A stretch of DNA of 60,747 nt, the filler included, from Basidiobolus ranarum (Eukaryota), in assembly GCA_040143965.1 (NCBI GenBank). It is 9 parts of 9 records of this genome, joined end to end, with 100 filler letters (N's around TTAATTAATTAA, not from the genome) between each part and the next. Parts side by side here need not be neighbours in the genome. Positions count along the whole stretch, not along the records: positions 54,100 to 60,747 come from JASJQH010008153.1; 8 more parts are not named here. One strand, given 5' to 3'. Below the pieces are notes generated by a model, which was not told the DNA's origin, ran no database searches, and saw nothing but the letters and a program-made list of their open reading frames with translations. The position numbers and the translations under genes were made by a program. This document shows, piece by piece, positions 54,000 through 60,747 of this stretch (the first letter of the stretch is position 1; each line of letters opens with the position of its first letter).

Positions 54000-54099
54000 N
54001 NNNNNNNNNNNNNNNNNNNNNNNNNNNNNNNNNNNNNNNNNNNTTAATTAATTAANNNNNNNNNNNNNNNNNNNNNNNNNNNNNNNNNNNNNNNNNNNN
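54000..54099. other. Artificial contig spacer
   Basis: N44-TTAATTAATTAA-N44. Confidence 0.99.
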
Positions 54100-55074
54100 T
54101 TCCATATCTTGAACCTTGTAGTGACACTTAACCTTACCCTGAGCAGCAAAGTCGAGAGCCTCAGCAAGATCTTGACGGTTACCAACAATAGAACCACGGA
54201 TGGTCAAACGCTGGAGAACAAGATCGAAGACAGGGAAAGTTCCCTTAGCACCAGCGGGAAGGGCAATGCAAGCAACAGTACCCCAACGACGAGTGTAGTC
54301 AACAGCTTGTTGGAAAGGCTTCTCAGCAGGGGACAAGAGAAGAACACCATGAGACCCTCCATTGGTAACCTTTTTGACTTCAGCGACAACATCATCCTTC
54401 ATAAAGTCAACAAAATGATCGGCACCAAGCTCTTGAGTACAAAGTTGCTTTTTGTCATCACCAGTATCAACGGCTACAACATTCATACCCATAGCCTTTG
54501 CATATTGAATGGCCAAGTGACCGAGACCTCCACCAGCCCCAACAATGGTGACAAACTGACCAGAACGAACCTCAGTTTCCTTGAGACCCTTGTAGACAGT
54601 GACACCAGCACAGAGGATAGGAGCAGCCTCAATGAGAGGAAGATTATCAGGAATACGAGCAACGTGAGAAGCGCGAGCAACACAGTAGTCTTGGAAAGTA
54701 CCATCAACACTGTAACCAGACATATGTTGGTTAGGGCAGACAGTTTCACGACCTTGAATACAGTATTCGCAAGTCATGCAAGCTGAGTGAAGCCAGACGA
54801 CACCGACCTTATCGCCAACCTTGAGATCTTTAACATTTTCACCAACTTGAACAACCTTGCCAGCACCTTCATGCCCTCCCACTAAAGGAAGCTTGGTTGG
54901 AATAGGCCAGTCACCTTCAGCGGCATGAAGATCAGTATGACACACACCAGTGTATTCAATTTTAACCAAAACATCATCTGGACCAGGCTTAGGGACGGGA
55001 ATGGTTTTAATCTCCACTGGTTTATCGTGGGACTCAATAACAGCGGCCTTCTGCGTCTTTGGAATTTGAGTCAT
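54100..55074 (-). CDS. ADH: Zn-dependent alcohol dehydrogenase (cytosolic type), 3' truncated
   Basis: GVCHTDLH, GGHEGAG, structural Zn cysteines C..CEYC.......C, APILCAGVTVYK, GAGGGLGHLA, IRGSIVGNR. Intronless in the visible part. Confidence 0.96.
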
Positions 55075-56235
55075 TTGTAAAGTTGGATATTCTCATCATT
55101 GAGGACTATGTATCAATTTATACTTGCAATTGGAATGCGTGGCATGTGGCTCTGATTTTTGTTAAATCCTCGTAATCGTCGTAATCCGAATGATTCTTTA
55201 TCACACATTACTCTTAGTACAGCTAAATATTAGGGGCTGACGACAAAACCAATTAAGGTAAATGTACGAAGTTGAAGCATTTTCATACATCTAGGATGTA
55301 TCACTACTGTATTAGTGATTCATTATAGTGAATGACGTTTCTTCCCAGAATTGAACATTTGTGTTGCAAAGGCCATGATAAACGGAATAATGGAGCTTTG
55401 ATAAAATATCCGAAAAGTGAATAAACAAATAGTCCTTATTTCTGTGACTATTTTCCAGGCCCTGAAGTTACCAGTGATTTAGTCAGAATACGTGGTCACA
55501 GTTGTCTTATGATTGGCTACAAAGCCGGCTTTACCAGTTCAACGGGTGGAAAATGAAACTAAAAATAAACCTATTGAGGAATATCCGATCTGGATGGAGC
55601 AGTTAGAATCGGTGTGACACGTTAAACAGCATATACAATCTGATAACGCGCTTTTCAAAAGCTTATGGAGAGGGACCAATGAGTAAGGTGTCTAGCATTA
55701 CGTGTGCTTCCGATTCAACTTTTACTGCTTCTCATTATAAGTGTCTTATTGGTTCTAGACTCTTCTTTGTTCCTTTGGTAAATATATAGACCAATCAATC
55801 ATATTTACTGTCAGTCGAAAACACGTGAACCACGATTGTTCTCTGACCAATTGAAGTTGATCTGTCAAATGTGACAGTCATAGTGAGAGTTACGTGACGT
55901 ATAGTTCGGATGATTCGTATCCTAAAACTAAAACTTGCCGGTGGCATTACTTGAACAGCAACATAGCCATAATATAGCCTCAGAACAGGGCTAGTAGAGT
56001 TTAAATGGGGGAGAAAATCATTGGGCAAGGATTGCAGATATTAATTCATAAACGTAGCTGGGAATAAGAATTGGGAATTGAGTGGTAATGAGAATTGGAA
56101 ATTGTGAAAAATATTATACTACAACCACAAATTCGCCTAATAATTTGATAACGTAACCAGAATCAGACTCAATATAAAGTGGGTGGAATCCTTTGAGTAG
56201 TCTAGCATTTCCTTCAGAGTAAATATCATTTCACC
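55075..56235. promoter_or_regulatory. Divergent ADH/PDC promoter region
   Basis: Minus-strand TATAAA near 55120 (ADH) and plus-strand TATAAA near 56173 (PDC). Five ACGTG cores lie between 55490 and 55896. Confidence 0.65.
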
Positions 56236-57993
56236 ATGTCTGCCAATACTGAAACTATGACCGTTAGTCAATACCTATTGCACCGTCTGAAGGAAATTGG
56301 CATCGATGATATCTTCTCTGTTCCTGGTGATTTCAACCTTGTCTTTTTGGATCGTGTACAAGATTCCGGATTAATCAATCTTGTCGGTGACTGTAATGAG
56401 TTGAACGCAGCTTATGCTGCAGATGGCTACGCTAGAGTGAAAGGTGTTGGCGTAAGTTTGTCTTTTGTACAATGACATTTGCGATTACTTTAACAGTGAC
56501 TAATACAAGGTAATCTTTTCGGTTTACAGGCAGTAATCACCACATTCGGTGTAGGAGAGCTAAGCGCTGTCAATGGTATTGCTGGTTCTTACTCTGAGAT
56601 GGTTCCAGTTGTAAAGATCACTGGTACCCCTAACACAAAATCTCAGGCTTCTGGCGCTCTTCTCCATCACACTCTTGGTAATGGCGACTTCCGTGCTTTC
56701 CAAAAGATTTTCAGCCACATCACTGTCACCAACACTACCTTACTGCCTCACAATGCCGCTTCCGAGATCGACAGGGTTTTAACCGAGTGTGTCCAAAAGG
56801 TTCGCCCCGTCTACATCTCTCTCCCTACTGACGTCGTTGATGCTGAAATTACAGTAGACAAGAAGCCATTGAATCTAGCACTTCCACCAAACCCTGAAAA
56901 AATTGAGGCTGCTTGTATTCGTCAAATTGCCAAGGCTGTTGAAGAGGCAAAGGATCCTATTATCATTGCTGATGCTTGTGCTATTCGTCACCACTGCGAG
57001 AAGGAACTTCTTGAATTAATTGAGAAAACTGGTTTACCATTCTACACCACTCCCATGGGTAAAGCTGTAATCAGTGAAAGTCATCCTCAATTCCGTGGTA
57101 TCTATGTGGGATCTCTTTCTAACGTCAGGGTTAAGGATGAGGTCGAGAATGCTGATCTTATCCTCAGCATTGGTGGCTTGAAGTCAGATTTCAACACTGG
57201 TTCTTTCAGTTACCGTATGGATACCGACAAGACTGTTGAAATTCACTCTGACTATACTGATGTCTTTTTCGGAACTTACAAGGCTGTTGGTATGAAGTAT
57301 CTACTGCCCAAGTTGGCATCAGTGATCCCCAAGCGTGAGTTCAAGCGTATTGGTGCTTTGTCCAACGAAGTTCCTCAAATTGATATGAAGGCTATGGTTC
57401 CTCAAGCATGGTTTTGGCCTAGAATGGGACAGTTTATGAAGGCCAATGATATTGTTGTTGCTGAAACTGGTACTTCAGTCTTCGGTGCTTTGAACTCTCA
57501 CTTGCCAGAAGGAGCTACCTTCATTTCCCAGATTCTTTGGGGCTCTATTGGATATACTGTTGGCTCCACACTTGGAGCTGCAGTTGCAGGTGGGGCTCGT
57601 CGTGTAATTTTATTCGTTGGTGATGGTAGTTTCCAGCTTACCTGCCAAGAAGTGTCTGTCATGATTCGCCTCGGTCTTCATCCAATCATTTTCTTACTGA
57701 ACAACAACGGATACACCATTGAACGTTTAATTCACGGAGTCAAGCGTACTTACAACGATATTGATAACTGGGACTTCAGCAAGACCCTTGACTACTTTGG
57801 TGGTGCTGCCGGACAAGACAAGATTGGTTTCCAAGGTCGTGCTAACACTGCTGAGGAATTTGAGCAAGTTTTGAAGAAAGTGGAATCCCACAATGATAAA
57901 ATCAACTTTGTTGAAGTAATGATGGATTGGTTGGATGCTCCTGAGAACTTAGTCAAACAAGCTGAAGCTTCAGCTGCTCTTAATCGATCATAA
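56236..57993 (+). CDS. PDC: Pyruvate decarboxylase (TPP-dependent 2-oxo-acid decarboxylase)
   Basis: YLLHRLKE..FSVPGDFNL, CNELNAAYAADGYAR, intron 56452-56529, TTFGVGELSAVNGIAGSYSE, LLHHTLGNGDF, AETGTS, QILWGSIGY, GDGSFQLT..E, NNNGYTIERLIHG. Confidence 0.95.
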
Positions 57994-58274
57994 TTTATCA
58001 ACTATTTTTGATTATATATGAGATGTAGTTGCCCTGAGCTATTGTGAATATATTATGTGTGAATTTAAACAATAAAAAGAAATTTAAACATGAAACTTGC
58101 CAATTAAGTAATATCAAAAAAAGACAGTATATTGTCTCGTGATGGAATTCATTAGAACATTAAACTGTTGATATTTTCCATAATTTAGTATGAAAATAAC
58201 TTTATTAATTTGTACAGATATTTCGGCTACTGAAACAGGATTCCAATATATTCTAAACAGTGATTTATACATCT

Positions 58275-59489
58275 TTAAATTCTGTTCTTTTTAGTAAGAT
58301 CATCGTTGCCTCCATTCTCCTTTCTCTTTCCTGATAAGTCGAGAACAATACGACCTGCGATCTTGCCTGCCTTCATTTCATCAAAGACTGAAGGCAGATC
58401 TTCCAATGTTAGTGTCTTGTAATGACACTTGACCTTACCCTGGGCAGCAAAGTCAAGGGCCTCAGCAAGATCTTGACGGTTACCAACAATAGAACCACGG
58501 ATGGTCAAACGTTGAAGAACAAGATCGAAGACAGGGAAAGAGCCCTTAGCACCAGCGGGAAGGGCGATACAAGCAACAGTACCCCAACGACGAGTGTAGT
58601 CGACAGCTTGTTGGAAAGGCTTCTCAGCAGGGGACAAGAGAAGAACACCATGAGACCCTCCATTAGTAACCTCCTTTACGGTGGCAACAACATCATCCTT
58701 CATGAAATCAACAAAGTGATCAGCTCCGAGCTGCTCAACACACAGCTTCTTCTTGTCATCGCCAGTATCAACGGCTACAACATTCATACCCATAGCCTTA
58801 GCATATTGAACAGCCAAATGACCAAGACCTCCACCAGCACCAACAATGGTCACATACTGACCAGAGCGAACCTCAGTTTCCTTGAGGCCCTTGTAGACAG
58901 TGACACCAGCACAGAGGATAGGGGCAGCCTCAATAAGAGGAAGCTTGTCAGGAATACGAGCAACGTGAGAAGCACGAGCGACACAGTATTCTTGGAAAGA
59001 ACCATCCACGCTATAACCGGACATATGTTGATCAGGGCAGACAGTCTCACGACCTTGGATGCAGTATTCGCAGGTCATGCAAGCAGAATGGAGCCAGACA
59101 ACACCGACTCTGTCACCGATTTTGAGATCCTTAACATTGCTACCGAGAGCGACGACCTTACCGGCACCTTCGTGACCACCAACCAAAGGAAGCTTGGTAG
59201 GAATAGGCCAGTCACCATCAGCAGCGTGAAGATCAGTGTGGCAAACGCCTGTGTACTCGACCTTTACAAGGACATCATCGGGGCCAGGAGTAGGAACAGG
59301 GATATCTTGAATGGTTACAGGCTTGGTGTGAGAAGTCACGACTGCACCGCGTTGAAATTGTGGAATTGAATACATTCTCAAAAAATTACGTGTAGCTGAG
59401 ATTTGAGATGGAAACACACGGTTAGGTACCATACGAGTTTTTAACAAACATTTAGCGACCTGAAAATTTTTTAAAAGGATGGACGTCAT
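58275..59489 (-). CDS. ADH: Zn-dependent alcohol dehydrogenase with mitochondrial-type presequence and C-terminal extension
   Basis: All ADH motifs as above. 38-aa acid-free, R/K/S/T-rich N-extension, and a tail after GRIVLDL (SGKRKENGGNDDLTKKNRI). Intronless. Confidence 0.95.
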   Translation of the reverse strand: MTSILLKNFQVAKCLLKTRMVPNRVFPSQISATRNFLRMYSIPQFQRGAVVTSHTKPVTIQDIPVPTPGPDDVLVKVEYTGVCHTDLHAADGDWPIPTKLPLVGGHEGAGKVVALGSNVKDLKIGDRVGVVWLHSACMTCEYCIQGRETVCPDQHMSGYSVDGSFQEYCVARASHVARIPDKLPLIEAAPILCAGVTVYKGLKETEVRSGQYVTIVGAGGGLGHLAVQYAKAMGMNVVAVDTGDDKKKLCVEQLGADHFVDFMKDDVVATVKEVTNGGSHGVLLLSPAEKPFQQAVDYTRRWGTVACIALPAGAKGSFPVFDLVLQRLTIRGSIVGNRQDLAEALDFAAQGKVKCHYKTLTLEDLPSVFDEMKAGKIAGRIVLDLSGKRKENGGNDDLTKKNRI

Positions 59490-60035
59490 CTTGTGAAGTG
59501 ATTTGAAACTGTCTCATTCGCAGACTTCCCCTTTTAATAAACATTTCACCAGCAAATGTTTTTCTAGAATCGCGAACGCCATTATGTGGAAGTAAACCCA
59601 GTCCGCTAATCTCATTGGACTTTGTTTACGATAAAACCCTTGATTCTTGTCATGGGTTTGACTGGCTATCGAACAGTGAGGACGCGAATTTCTATCTGAG
59701 CGAAAAATCCCATTAACGGGCCTCGAACGTACACTGAAGGGGATATTACGCTGAGTGGCTCTAAAACATCCCATTTCATTCGCGATATGGCTCACATATT
59801 TACTTATGATTTGTAATCTCCATATATATCCAGGAGGTAGATGGATTATAAATACTAATGCGAGTCTGGGTTTCTTTTATTGATTATTTTGATATAGCAA
59901 TTTACAAGTTCCGTACTAACCATTGTAGCTCCAGAACCAAACTTCTAGATTTCTTATTAACAATCATGTCCTCAAACAACTGAGAAATGACTCACTTTCA
60001 CCTTGAATGTCCAATAAATGGATATCTAATGCAGT

Positions 60036-60747
60036 TCAATGGTTGTGCATATCTAGAACGATGCGACCAGCTATCTTACCAGTTTCCATATCTTCGAATA
60101 CCTGAGGAATAGTTTCAATATCTTGAACCTTATAGTGACACTTTACTTTAGCACGAGCAGCAAAGTCAAGAGCTTCAGTAAGATCTTGACGGTTGCCAAG
60201 AATAGAACCACGGATGGTCAAACGCTTGAGAACAAGATCGAATACGGGGAAAGTTCCTGTAGCATTAGGTGGAAGAGCAATACAAACAACAGTACCCCAA
60301 CGACGAGTATAGTCAACAGCTTGTTGGAAAGGTCTCTCAGCAGGAGACAAGAGGAGAACACCATGAGATCCACCCCCAGTAACCTTCTTGACAGTAGCAA
60401 CGACATCATCCTTCATAAAGTCAACAAAATAGTCAGCTCCAAGTTCTTCGACACACATTTTTCTCTTGTCATCACCAGTATCAACGGCAACAACATTCAT
60501 ACCCATAGCCTTAGCATATTGGATGGCCAAGTGACCGAGGCCTCCAGCAGCACCAACAATGGTGATGAATTGGCCAGAGCGAACCTCGGTCTCCTTGAGA
60601 CCCTTGTAGACAGTGACACCAGCACAAAAGATAGGGGCAGCCTCAACAAGAGGAAGGTTATCAGGAATACGAGCAACGTGGGAGGCACGAGCAACACAGT
60701 ATTCTTGGAAAGTAGCATCAACACTGTAAGCAGACAAATTTTGATTA
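60036..60747 (-). CDS. ADH: Zn-dependent alcohol dehydrogenase, third paralog, 5' truncated
   Basis: APIFCAGVTVYKGLKET, GAAGGLGHLA, IRGSILGNR, GKIAGRIVLDMHNH*. Confidence 0.93.
   Translation of the reverse strand, partial: NQNLSAYSVDATFQEYCVARASHVARIPDNLPLVEAAPIFCAGVTVYKGLKETEVRSGQFITIVGAAGGLGHLAIQYAKAMGMNVVAVDTGDDKRKMCVEELGADYFVDFMKDDVVATVKKVTGGGSHGVLLLSPAERPFQQAVDYTRRWGTVVCIALPPNATGTFPVFDLVLKRLTIRGSILGNRQDLTEALDFAARAKVKCHYKVQDIETIPQVFEDMETGKIAGRIVLDMHNH

Noticed and set aside
56236-57993. TPP riboswitch in or near PDC, and stop-codon readthrough (TGA CTA) PTS1 on PDC or the third ADH
   Set aside because: No CTGAGA...CTGAT...AATAC-type aptamer was found by eye, and the stop contexts (TAA TTT; TGA ACT) do not match the readthrough motif.
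58422-59369. 315-aa antisense ORF over ADH (and the 225-aa one at 54109-54786)
   Set aside because: Codon-aligned antisense frames kept open because the sense strand avoids TTA/CTA/TCA. They recur only because the ADHs are paralogous.
54100-60747. Bacterial (HGT) origin of the intronless ADHs
   Set aside because: WLHSAC looks AdhP-like, but GAGGGLG, SGY..DG.FQ and host-like codon usage are fungal-type, and PDC has a spliceosomal intron. A phylogeny would be needed.

Overview
This is eukaryotic, AT-rich, intron-rich genomic DNA. Short GT-AG introns (about 45-100 nt), protein style and codon usage fit an early-diverging fungus (zygomycete-grade, possibly Basidiobolus-like; the species cannot be determined from sequence alone). 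The window is not one locus. It is nine unrelated contigs of descending length (6676, 6670, 6667, 6663, 6660, 6659, 6653, 6651, 6648 nt) joined by 100-nt artificial spacers (N44-TTAATTAATTAA-N44), so linkage is only meaningful within a contig. Contig 1: cyclin T/K-like gene and the 5' part of URA2. Contig 2: mostly non-coding or degenerate, with one small orphan ORF. Contig 3: ACAD10/11-like phosphotransferase, TIM21 and a long-TIR foldback element. Contig 4: FCP1, TRM8 and eIF5A. Contig 5: orphan ORF, a signal-peptide Zn deaminase ending in KLEL, an F-box/LRR gene and a sterol desaturase-family gene. Contig 6: possible JmjC N-terminus and a SulP transporter. Contig 7: NSA1/WDR74 pseudogene and an F-box/WD40/multi-UIM gene. 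Contig 8: an almost CpG-free transposon relic with a PIF/Harbinger/IS5-type transposase, tandem repeats and heat-shock-element arrays. Contig 9: a compact ADH-PDC-ADH-ADH cluster, the best candidate for an undescribed system (a physically clustered, possibly co-regulated and compartment-split ethanol fermentation module).
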